Shown here in pieces: positions 54,511 to 63,206 of a stretch of DNA of 64,000 nucleotides. The stretch lies in NCBI GenBank assembly GCA_965199955.1, contig CBDATQ010000002.1, positions 576,001-640,000 of the forward strand, read 5' to 3'. The position numbers and the translations under genes are program-made. A model generated the notes under the pieces. The model searched no databases, was not told where the DNA came from, and was given only the letters and a program-made list of their open reading frames with translations. This stretch comes from Spirochaetia bacterium (GTDB lineage Bacteria > Spirochaetota > Spirochaetia > SZUA-6 > Bin103). Positions within the stretch are counted from its first letter, which is position 1. Every line of letters starts with the position of its first letter.

Positions 54511-57500
54511 ATGAGGCAGATCGCCGACCTGCACCTGCACTCCCACTACTCGCGCGCCACCAGCAGGGACCTGACGTGCGAGCACCTCTGGAAGTGGGCG
54601 CAGCTCAAGGGCGTGCAGGTGGTCGCCACCGGCGACGTCGCCCATCCGGGGTGGCTGGCCGAGGTCCAAGACAAGCTCGATCCGGCCGAGGACGGGCTGT
54701 TTCGCCTGAAGCCCGACCTCGAGTCCGCGATGGCGGACGAGGTGCCCCCCTCCTGCCGCGGCACCGTCCGTTTCGTGATCGGCGGCGAGATCAGCAACAT
54801 CTACAAGAAGCACGACCGCACCCGCAAGGTGCACAACATCGTCTTCTCACCTTCCTTCGAGGCAACGGGAAGGCTGCAGGCGGAACTGGAGAAGATCGGC
54901 AACATCCGCTCGGACGGCCGGCCGATCCTGGGGCTGGACAGCCGCGACCTGCTGGAGATCGTGATCGCGACCGACGGCCGCTGCCACCTGATTCCCGCCC
55001 ACATCTGGACCCCGTGGTTCTCCATCCTGGGCTCCAGGTCCGGTTTCGACTCGGTCGAGGAGTGCTTCGCCGACCTGACGCCGCACATCTTCGCGGTCGA
55101 GACCGGCCTGTCCTCCGACCCGCCCATGAACTGGCGAGTCTCGTGGCTGGACCGCTACACGCTGATCTCCAGCTCCGATGCCCACTCGCCGCCGAAGCTG
55201 GCGCGGGAGGCCACGGTGTTCGACACCGAACTGAGCTACGACGCGCTGTTCGGCGCGCTCGCCGGCGGCGACGCGGCCGGCTATCGCGGCACCATCGAGT
55301 TCTTCCCGGAGGAGGGCAAGTACCACCTGGATGGGCACCGCAAGTGCGGGGTCTGCTGGCAGCCTGCGACCACGATCGCCCACGCCGGCCGCTGCACGGC
55401 CTGCGGCAAGCCGGTTACCGTCGGTGTCTACCACCGGATGGAGGAGCTGGCCGACCGCCCACGGGGCGCGCGGCCGGATGCCGCCGGGCCCTTTGCCAGC
55501 CTCGTCCCCTTGCCGGAGGCGCTCTCCGAGATGATGGGCGTCGGCCCGGGCTCCAAGCGCGTGCAGGCAGAGTATCACCGCCTGCTGAGACGGTTGGGAC
55601 CGGAGCTGACGATCCTGCAGCACCTGCCGCTGGAGGACATAGCCGCGGCCGGGGATGCGCTGCTGGTGGAGGGCATCCGCCGCATGCGCGCCGGCGAGGT
55701 GCGGACGCGGAGCGGGTACGACGGCGAGTACGGGGTGATCAGCCTGTTCGACGGAGCGGCGGACCGGGCGTCGGTGTTCCAGCTCGGCATGTTCGCCCAC
55801 CCCACGCCGGACGGGGAAGCGGCACGTGCCGCGGAGCCGCGGCCCGTCGCCGCCGGCGCGATCCCGCCGGATGATCCCGCGCCCGGGGATGCCGGCCCGG
55901 AGGCGGCGGACGTCGCCGCTCATTCCGCAGCTTCGCCCCACGTTCCCGACTGGATCGACGGACTCAACTCCGCGCAGCGGGCGGCCGTGACGCACACCGA
56001 TGGTCCCGTGGCGGTGGTTGCCGGACCCGGCACCGGCAAGACCCGCACGCTGACCGCGTGCATCGCGTTTCTGATCGAGTCGCGGGGCGTCCCGCCGGAG
56101 ACGGTGCTGGCGCTCACCTTCACCAACAAGGCCGCCGAGGAGATGCGCGAACGGCTCGCCGGGCTGCTCGGGGACGTGCGGCCGCTCGGGATCACCGTCG
56201 GCACGTTCCATCAGCTCGGTGCCGCCGTGCTCCGGGAGTTCGGCGCCGCCGCCGGCATCCCGAGCACGTTCGTCATCGCCGATGACGAGGATCGCCGCGC
56301 GCTGTTGCGGAGAAGCGCCCCCGAGCTGCCTGCCGCGGACGTCCGGAGGGTGCTGGAGTCGATTTCGAGCGCCAAGAATCTCCTGACGCGGGAGTGGGCC
56401 ATCGACCGGTCGGACGAGGGCGCGGAGGGTGGTCTGCCGGACCTGCCGGCGATCCGGAACCGGTATGACGCCGCCCTCGCCGAGGCGCAGGCGCTGGACT
56501 TCGACGACCTGGTCTTTCGCACCGTGCGGCTGCTGGAGACCGACAGCGCCGTCCTCGACGCCCTGCAGAGGCGATTCCGCTGGATCTCCGTGGACGAATA
56601 CCAGGACGTGAACGCCGCCGGGCACCGGCTGCTGCGGCTGCTGGTCGCGGGCGGTGCGAATCTCTGTGTGATCGGCGACCCGGATCAGGCGATCTACGGC
56701 TTCCGCGGCGCGGATCACCGCTACTTCCTTCAGTTCGCCCGCGACTTTCCCGGCGCCAGGCACCTCCACCTGGACCGCAACTACCGGTCGCCGCAGGCGA
56801 TCCTCGATGCGGCCGCGCAGGTGATCGCCCGCAACCCTGATCGCCGGTCGACGGCGCTCATCGCAGACTTCGCGTCCCAGGTGAAGGTGGACGTACACGG
56901 CGCCCCGACCGACCGCGCGGAGGCCGAGTTCGTCGTCCACCAGGTGGAGCGCATGGTGGGCGGCACCAGCTACTTCTCGCTTGACTCGGGGCGCGTCGAT
57001 GACGACGGCGCGGCCGAGCACCGCGCGTTCGGGGACTTCGCGGTACTGTACCGGCTCAACGCCCAGGCGCGGCTGCTGGAAGAGGCGTTCGACCGTTCCG
57101 GCATCCCGTACCAGACCACCGGCGCCGCCGCGGCCGAGCAGCAACCGGTGCGGGCGATCCTCTCGCTCCTGTGGCTGACGCTGGCGCCCGGCAGCCGCGT
57201 CCATCGGGCACGGCTGGCCCTCGGTCATGGCGCGCCCGGACACGCCGACGTGACCGAAGCCCTGTCCGCGATCTCGGGCCGGTCCGCGATCGCGGCGGAG
57301 GGAACGACCGGATCGGTGTCGGTCGCCGATCTCGTCGGGGCCGCGGCCACGGCCTGGGGCGAGCTTTGCGCCAGGGAGTACGACGCCGCCGAGCGGGAGC
57401 AGATCGCCCGCGTGCGACACGCCGCCGGCCCCTTCGGCTCCCGCCTGCGGGACTTCGTGATGACGATGGCGCTGCAGGGCGAGACCGACCGGTATGATGA

Positions 57501-57897
57501 GCGCGCGGATCGGGTGACCCTGATGAGCCTGCACGCCGCCAAGGGGCTGGAGTTCCCGGTGGTGTTCATCGTCGGCTGCGAGGAGGGGCTGCTGCCATAT
57601 CGGCCCGTTCATGGAGATGCCGATCGGGATGAGCCGGAGGAACGGCGGCTGTTCTACGTCGGCATGACCCGCGCCCGGCAACGGCTGGTCCTGACCCACG
57701 CGAAGCGGCGCCTGTTGTTCGGCCGGACGCTGGAGAACCACCTGTCCGGCTTCGTCGAGGACATCGAGGAGGCGCTCCGAGAGGCGAGCCGGGCGGAACG
57801 GCGCCGACGGCCGGAACCGGCCGTCGACGCGCAGCTGCCGTTGTTCCAGGATCTCGGCAACGAGGGGGAACGAGATGAGCATCATCGCCGGCTATGA
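54511..57897 (+). CDS. Endonuclease Q (PHP + Zn finger) fused to UvrD/PcrA SF1A helicase
   Basis: N-term DLHLHSHYS, PAHIWTPWFS, ETGLSSD, SDAHS, GKYH...CxxC, GYDGEYG; C-term AGPGTGKT, TFTNKAA, DEYQD, GDPDQAIYGFRGA, NYRS, HAAKGLEF, EERRLFYVGMTRA. Confidence 0.93.
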   Translation: MRQIADLHLHSHYSRATSRDLTCEHLWKWAQLKGVQVVATGDVAHPGWLAEVQDKLDPAEDGLFRLKPDLESAMADEVPPSCRGTVRFVIGGEISNIYKKHDRTRKVHNIVFSPSFEATGRLQAELEKIGNIRSDGRPILGLDSRDLLEIVIATDGRCHLIPAHIWTPWFSILGSRSGFDSVEECFADLTPHIFAVETGLSSDPPMNWRVSWLDRYTLISSSDAHSPPKLAREATVFDTELSYDALFGALAGGDAAGYRGTIEFFPEEGKYHLDGHRKCGVCWQPATTIAHAGRCTACGKPVTVGVYHRMEELADRPRGARPDAAGPFASLVPLPEALSEMMGVGPGSKRVQAEYHRLLRRLGPELTILQHLPLEDIAAAGDALLVEGIRRMRAGEVRTRSGYDGEYGVISLFDGAADRASVFQLGMFAHPTPDGEAARAAEPRPVAAGAIPPDDPAPGDAGPEAADVAAHSAASPHVPDWIDGLNSAQRAAVTHTDGPVAVVAGPGTGKTRTLTACIAFLIESRGVPPETVLALTFTNKAAEEMRERLAGLLGDVRPLGITVGTFHQLGAAVLREFGAAAGIPSTFVIADDEDRRALLRRSAPELPAADVRRVLESISSAKNLLTREWAIDRSDEGAEGGLPDLPAIRNRYDAALAEAQALDFDDLVFRTVRLLETDSAVLDALQRRFRWISVDEYQDVNAAGHRLLRLLVAGGANLCVIGDPDQAIYGFRGADHRYFLQFARDFPGARHLHLDRNYRSPQAILDAAAQVIARNPDRRSTALIADFASQVKVDVHGAPTDRAEAEFVVHQVERMVGGTSYFSLDSGRVDDDGAAEHRAFGDFAVLYRLNAQARLLEEAFDRSGIPYQTTGAAAAEQQPVRAILSLLWLTLAPGSRVHRARLALGHGAPGHADVTEALSAISGRSAIAAEGTTGSVSVADLVGAAATAWGELCAREYDAAEREQIARVRHAAGPFGSRLRDFVMTMALQGETDRYDERADRVTLMSLHAAKGLEFPVVFIVGCEEGLLPYRPVHGDADRDEPEERRLFYVGMTRARQRLVLTHAKRRLLFGRTLENHLSGFVEDIEEALREASRAERRRRPEPAVDAQLPLFQDLGNEGERDEHHRRL

Positions 57898-58663
57898 CGT
57901 CGGCCGCCTGATCACGGAGTTCCGGGTCAACGGGTTCGTGGTCTTCGACGGCCTGATCGCGCAGGACACGCTCGACCGCATCCAGGAGGCGTGGACGCCG
58001 ATCCGCGATGCCGACATCGGGCGCCAGGGACCCAACCCCCACCGCGGATGGGGCCGGTACAACGTGCGCGTGCCGTTCCGCCGGCCGTTCGTGGACCCGG
58101 AGATCTTCGAGCACCCGGCGCTGGTGGCGTTTCTCGAGGCCGTCCTGGGCCCCGACTACGTCTGGCCCCACTTCGACAGCAACATCCCGCTGCCCGGCAC
58201 CGACTACCAGCGCTGGCACCGCGACGGCATGAGCTCGCCATTCCCGGGGATCCGCGTGCCGACCTACCAGGTCGGCGTGAAGTTCCCACTGGTCGACACC
58301 AGCGAGGAGAACGGCAGCTTCGAGGTCGTCCCGTGCTCGCAGTACATCGGGGACGACGAGTTGCCCGGGGAGCTGGACGATCTGCTCGGGCAGGGACCGA
58401 ACGAGGAGGACACGTTCCGCTCCCGCCGTTTGAACCTCAAGCGCGGCTCGCTGTGGATACACGACAACCGCGTGCTGCACCGCGGCACCCCTAACCGGTC
58501 CGTCCGGCCGCGCGACGAGCTGTGCATGGCGATGAACCGTCCCTGGGTGTTCAACTCCTGGCAGCACACGTACACCGAGGGGCATTTCCCGAGGGACCTC
58601 TGGGACTCGCTGTCCGACCACGCCCGACAGGTCCTGCGCCTGCAGCGGCTGACCGACGGGTAA
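57875..58663 (+). CDS. PhyH-family Fe(II)/2-oxoglutarate dioxygenase
   Basis: FRVNGFVV, WHRD (HxD), ENGSFEVVPCS, VLHRGTPN...R. Confidence 0.9.
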   Translation: MSIIAGYDVGRLITEFRVNGFVVFDGLIAQDTLDRIQEAWTPIRDADIGRQGPNPHRGWGRYNVRVPFRRPFVDPEIFEHPALVAFLEAVLGPDYVWPHFDSNIPLPGTDYQRWHRDGMSSPFPGIRVPTYQVGVKFPLVDTSEENGSFEVVPCSQYIGDDELPGELDDLLGQGPNEEDTFRSRRLNLKRGSLWIHDNRVLHRGTPNRSVRPRDELCMAMNRPWVFNSWQHTYTEGHFPRDLWDSLSDHARQVLRLQRLTDG

Positions 58664-58672
58664 GGCGTCAGT

Positions 58673-59143
58673 GTGAAGCACAAGAGCCTCTATCTGGCCA
58701 ACCCCTACGGGTTCTCGGCGCAGCAGCGCGACGGGCCGCTGGCGGCCCTGGTCGAGGCGCTGACCGCTACCGGGGCGGAGGTGTGGGAGCCGTTTCAGCG
58801 CAACAACCAGATCGACCGCACCACGGCCGGCTGGGCCTACCGCATCGGGCAGGCCGACCTGCGCGACGTGCGCGAGGCGGACGGCCTGTTCGCGGTCGTC
58901 AACGGCTGCCCGCCGGACGAGGGCGTGATGGTCGAGCTGGGGCTTGCCATCGCGTGGGAGAAGCCGGTGTTCCTGTTTCGTGACGACTTCCGGCGCTGCA
59001 CCGACAGTGAGGCCTATCCGCTCAACCTGATGCTGTTCACGAGCCTGCCGGAGGTGGGCTGGGAGGATTACTGGTACCGCTCGGTGGCGGAGATCGCCGA
59101 CCCCGACAAGGCCCTGGCCCGTTGGCTATCCTCTTCGGCATGA
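58673..59143 (+). CDS. Nucleoside 2-deoxyribosyltransferase / Rcl-like nucleotide N-glycosidase
   Basis: YLANPYGFS, DLRDVREAD, DEGVMVELG, NLML motifs. Confidence 0.9.
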   Translation: MKHKSLYLANPYGFSAQQRDGPLAALVEALTATGAEVWEPFQRNNQIDRTTAGWAYRIGQADLRDVREADGLFAVVNGCPPDEGVMVELGLAIAWEKPVFLFRDDFRRCTDSEAYPLNLMLFTSLPEVGWEDYWYRSVAEIADPDKALARWLSSSA

Positions 59144-60234
59144 GTGAAGTGATTCTAAGCGCCGGATCGCATCGCCGCGCCTGTTGCCCGACCTGGTTCG
59201 ACGCCCCTGACGGCGTGGCGCCGCCTGGATGCCAGGTAACCGGCGGCCGCGCCGCCTGCATCGTGACCGACCTGGATGCCGGGGCCGAGCTGACGCTTGA
59301 CGGCAGTGGCGCTCCGGCAGCCGGCGGGGTCGCCGTCGACGAGCGGGACGGCTCCCTGGACGTCTCGGTGGGCGGCGCTCCCTGGTGCAGCTACCGCTAC
59401 ATGCCGGGCGACGTGCGCCCGGTGCTGCACCCTGTCGCCGGTCCGCACGGCATCCCCATGACGCGGGCGTGGCCGCTCGCCGACGACGTTGCGGACGAGG
59501 AAACCGACCACGTCCACCACCGCTCCTGCTGGGTCGCGCACGGCCTGGTGAACGGCGTCGACTTCTGGAGCGAGGCGGAAGGTCACGGCCGGCAGGTGCG
59601 GGTGGCGCTGGACGCGGTCGAAAGCGGTCCGGTGTTCGGCCGGATCGCAGAGCGGCTCTCCTGGGAGAACGCCGCCGGCGACCCCGTCGTCGACGAGCAC
59701 CGCACGCTGGTCTTCTGGAACACGCCGGAGCGGCTGCGGATGATCGACATTTCGGTCGGGTTCCGGGCCGCCCACGGGGCCGTCCTCTTCGGCGACACCA
59801 AGGAGGGCGGCATCGTCTCGCTACGGGTGCCGGAGGCGATCAAGGAGAACCGCGGCGGCACGATGGTCAATGGGTCCGGAGGCATCGGGGAGGAAGAGTG
59901 CTGGGGTCAGCGCGCCCCCTGGGTGGACTACTTCGGTACGCTCGCCGACCCGCGAGGTGAGCCGCGGACCGTGGGCATCGCGGTGCTCGACCATCCGCGC
60001 AATCCGCACTATCCGACCTTCTGGCACATACGGGCCTACGGCCTGCTGTCCGCCAATCCGTTCGGTCTGGCGGACTTCCGCTCCAGTTACCAGGAGCGGG
60101 GGGACTGGACCCTCGAAGCCGGAGCGACGGCGACCTTCCGCTACCGCATCGTGCTCCACGAAGGCGACGCGGGGCAGGCGGCGATCGGCGACCGGTTCGC
60201 GGACTGGGCCTGGCCGCCGCAGGTGGGCGCCTAG
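59140..60234 (+). CDS. DUF6807 ('PmoA-like') beta-sandwich protein
   Basis: RPVLHPV...TRAWP, DHVHHRS, VNGVDFW, DTKEGG, DHPRN, WHIRAYGL...NPFG; ATGA overlap with upstream gene. Confidence 0.8.
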   Translation: MSEVILSAGSHRRACCPTWFDAPDGVAPPGCQVTGGRAACIVTDLDAGAELTLDGSGAPAAGGVAVDERDGSLDVSVGGAPWCSYRYMPGDVRPVLHPVAGPHGIPMTRAWPLADDVADEETDHVHHRSCWVAHGLVNGVDFWSEAEGHGRQVRVALDAVESGPVFGRIAERLSWENAAGDPVVDEHRTLVFWNTPERLRMIDISVGFRAAHGAVLFGDTKEGGIVSLRVPEAIKENRGGTMVNGSGGIGEEECWGQRAPWVDYFGTLADPRGEPRTVGIAVLDHPRNPHYPTFWHIRAYGLLSANPFGLADFRSSYQERGDWTLEAGATATFRYRIVLHEGDAGQAAIGDRFADWAWPPQVGA

Positions 60235-60303
60235 ACAGCCCGCCAGGGCAAGGAACGGAGATCGTCCGCTGGATCGCCGGGTCTCACTGACCGGGGGATC
60301 CCC

Positions 60304-60501
60304 ATGCCGAGTGCCAAGCGTCCGAACATCATCTTCTCATGACCGACCAGCACCGCTGGGACGCGCTGGGCTGCGCGAATCCGGTGGTCAGGACGCCGCA
60401 CCTCGACGCGCTTGCGGCGCAGGGCATCCGCTACGGCCAGGCGATATGCAACGTGCCGTGCTGCATCCCGAGCCGCTACTCGATGATGACCGGCCTCTAT
60501 G
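60304..60501 (+). pseudogene. Sulfatase pseudogene, 5' fragment
   Basis: MPSAKRPNIIF[frameshift ~60337]MTDQHRWD...TPHLD...CIPSRYSMMTGLY (CxPxR), cut by IS. Confidence 0.9.
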
Positions 60502-62463
60502 CCGAAGTTCCAGGAGCGAAATGCTCTGAAGTATTTGTGATCATGATAGTTACCTTGATTCCTCAGGGTCGCGTGCGTGGCTACACGCGGGATTTGATCC
60601 CAAGCAGCTCGAAACAGCGCTGCTGAACCGGCGTCGGGTGCGTGTGCAGCGTGAATGTGCTTTCGCCGTCGGCGATTCGCATCGTGTTCGCCGTCAGGGT
60701 GCCCAGTTCGTCGATCAACGTCCGAAAGCTGTGCACCGGCAGCCCGTCCTCGGTGCGCTTGCTCGACGCCTTGGCCGCCGCGGCCGCCGATCGCTGCGCC
60801 GGCGCCACTTCGGAGACCCGCTTGCGCTCGGCGCCCTGTCGATCGTGATCGTCGAACAGCAACGGCGCCAGCGAGCGCCGCATGTGCCACTCCACGTAGT
60901 AGGCCAGCATGCACAGCAGCACGTGCGCCCGCACCCGATCGGCGCGCCGGTGGTGAATCGGGCGCACCTTCAGGTCCACGGACTTCATGCACCGAAACGC
61001 CCGCTCCACCTTCGACAGCCCCTTGTAGGCGCGCACCGTCTGCGCCGCGTCGAGCACCTGCGGCTCCACGTTGCTGCGCACGATGTACAGCCCGTCCAGC
61101 GCCTGCTCGGCGGCGATCTTGTGCTCATCGCGCCGAAAGCTGAACGACTCGGAGGTGATCTCGGTCACGAAGTGCTTGCCCACCTTGTAGTGATTGATCA
61201 CCTTGCCGACCCGCATGCCGATCTCGGCCTCGCCCCGTAGCGGCTGATGGACGCGCTGGGTGGCCTGAGCGATCGGGGCCAGCTTCTGCTCGGTGGCCTG
61301 TAGCAGCTCCTGGCGCTTGCGCTTCCGTTCGTCGGCCAGCAACGGGTTGCGGCACACGATCAGCCGCTCGCCCGGAAACTCCTCGCTGGTGATCTCGGCC
61401 AGGTCGCGCTCGTCGAACAACGACGGCGCCACCTCACCGGCGGCCACCAGCTTGCGGATCGTCGGCGCGCGCAGCGTGGTGATCCAGCGCAGCCCCTCCA
61501 CCTCTTGCAGGTCCTCGCGGATCCTCGCCGCGCTCAGCATCCCGCGGTCGCCGACCAGCACCACCCGCGTGAGTCCGAAGCGGGTGCGGATCTTGTCCAC
61601 CTGCGCGCTCACCGTCTTCGGGTCGGCGGTAGAGCCAGGCAAGACTTCCACCGCCACCGGACAGCCTTCCTGGGTGCACAGCAGCCCGAACACGATCTGC
61701 AGCGTGCCCGACTTGCCGTCACGGCTGTGTCCCAACTGCGCCAGCTCGCAGTGGCTGCCCTCGAAGTAGGTCGAGCTCAGGTCGTAGAGCACCAGCGTGT
61801 GCTCGCTGAGGTGCTGTTCGGCCAGGCGGTCCTCGATCGCCGCCTGGCGCCCGACCAACCAGTCCATCGCCTCATAGAGCTCGTTCTCATCGACCTCGCC
61901 GAGCCGCAGCGACTCGCCCAGGGTGGACACGGCGCTGGGCGACGACAGCGCGCGGGCGGTGGCCAGTTTGGACTGCGCGTCGATGACGCGGGCGGTGATC
62001 ATGGCGATGACCAGCTCGCGCGAGCGGCTGGCCTTGCCGGCGATGAGGGTGTGCAGCCCGAGGTGCTTGAGGATGCCCAGCACGGCGGCGACATGGCCGT
62101 GGGGGAGGCTGCGCAGGCAGTCGAACGCGTCTTTGGGGTTGACCAGCGGTTCGCCCTTGAGGGCTCTGCGGATCAGATCGATGACGTGATCGGGGAGATG
62201 GGAGATGTTGCCGAGGGTTTCGTGCTTGATCTTTCCGTCCTGGCGGAAGGTACGGCGCAGCAGGTGGGTGTGGTAGGTCCGGTTGCCATGGCGGCGCGTA
62301 GTGGTGGCTACATGCACGGGTCCCTGTCTGCTGGGCATAGTTGCCAGGATAGCAGAAAGAGGAACGAGCGTCAACTACACTCGTGGCTACACATTGCACC
62401 TCCAAAATGCGGTAACTGCCATTGCTTCAAATAGTTACGTCAATTTCGGCTCTGGAACTTCGG
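60502..62463 (-). mobile_element. IS1634-family insertion sequence, complete (1962 bp)
   Basis: Imperfect terminal IRs CCGAAGTTCCAG(GAGC/AGCC)GAAAT; 6-bp target duplication TCTATG at 60496-60501 and 62464-62469. Confidence 0.95.
60581..62338 (-). CDS. IS1634-family DDE transposase
   Basis: LYDLSSTYFEG, GHSRDGK, VGDRGM, DGLYIVRSN, YKGLSKVERAFR, RVRAHVLLCMLAY. Confidence 0.95.
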   Translation of the reverse strand: MPSRQGPVHVATTTRRHGNRTYHTHLLRRTFRQDGKIKHETLGNISHLPDHVIDLIRRALKGEPLVNPKDAFDCLRSLPHGHVAAVLGILKHLGLHTLIAGKASRSRELVIAMITARVIDAQSKLATARALSSPSAVSTLGESLRLGEVDENELYEAMDWLVGRQAAIEDRLAEQHLSEHTLVLYDLSSTYFEGSHCELAQLGHSRDGKSGTLQIVFGLLCTQEGCPVAVEVLPGSTADPKTVSAQVDKIRTRFGLTRVVLVGDRGMLSAARIREDLQEVEGLRWITTLRAPTIRKLVAAGEVAPSLFDERDLAEITSEEFPGERLIVCRNPLLADERKRKRQELLQATEQKLAPIAQATQRVHQPLRGEAEIGMRVGKVINHYKVGKHFVTEITSESFSFRRDEHKIAAEQALDGLYIVRSNVEPQVLDAAQTVRAYKGLSKVERAFRCMKSVDLKVRPIHHRRADRVRAHVLLCMLAYYVEWHMRRSLAPLLFDDHDRQGAERKRVSEVAPAQRSAAAAAKASSKRTEDGLPVHSFRTLIDELGTLTANTMRIADGESTFTLHTHPTPVQQRCFELLGIKSRV

Positions 62464-62949
62464 TCTATGGATCGCAGTGCGGCATCCGCGCCAATGCCCA
62501 GATGATCCCCACCGACGATGAGCTGCCGTTGCCGGTGATTCCTCAGCGGCTTCACCGGCTCGGCTACCAGACCGCCGGGTTCGGCCAGACCCACTGGTAC
62601 GCGGAAGTTCCCGGTGCCTCCGGTCCGCGGCCGTCGCGGCGCGGGTTCGAGGTGTGCACCCACGCCGAGAGCCGAGAGCCAGCACACCGTGCACGCGGAA
62701 CCGGGCATGCTGCACCAGGACCAGGACGACCCCGAAGGGTTCGCCCGGTTCAGGCGCGAGATCGCCCCTTACGGATACGATGGAGAGAACGCGGCCGGCT
62801 ACATCGGTTGCACCAGCGCGGTTCCTGCGAGCGAGCACCGCGAAGGGTGGGGCACCGCGCAGGCGCTCCGCTTTCTGGACGAGCAGCGCGATCCGGCGCG
62901 GCCGCTGTTTCTCTACCTCTCCTTCGACCAGCCACATGCCGGGTTCAAC
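62464..62949 (+). pseudogene. Sulfatase pseudogene, continuation after IS (frameshifted, truncated)
   Basis: Resumes in frame (YGSQCGIR...GYQTAGFGQTHWY), shifts frame ~62640-62700, ends PLFLYLSFDQPHAGFN. Confidence 0.88.
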
Positions 62950-63188
62950 GTGTGGTACCGGTCGCGGCGCTCGCCGGTCGTGCCGAACCTGCCGCTCCTC
63001 CAGCATGCCTGGATCAGACGCAGGGCGCCGGGCGATACCGGGCAGCCGACTGGCCGGGTTTACTCCGGGCGCGGCTCGCCGATCTGGACGCCACCGCCTT
63101 GGCTCGCGACGTGGTGCCCTTCCTGGAGCGTCCGGCGGACGCGGCGCTCCTGGAACGCGTCAATCTCGAAGCGGTGCTCGCGGAATGA
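62950..63188 (+). pseudogene. C-terminal remnant of AbiEii-type nucleotidyltransferase toxin
   Basis: VWYRSRRSPVVPNLPLLQHA[frameshift ~63009]DQTQG...W...RLADLD...DVVPFLERP resembles AbiEii C-termini. Confidence 0.6.
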
Positions 63189-63206
63189 GCCGGGGCCGCC
63201 CGGCGG

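Noticed and set aside
59140..60234. 'PmoA family' label suggesting methane oxidation
   Set aside because: Soluble DUF6807-type protein with no TM helices and no pmoB/pmoC; the name is misleading
60330..60345. Programmed frameshift or stop readthrough in the sulfatase
   Set aside because: No slippery site; further frameshifts, IS insertion and truncation indicate decay
62602..62611. CGGAAGTTCC resembling the IS end
   Set aside because: Short match inside sulfatase coding sequence with no partner IR or TSD; likely chance
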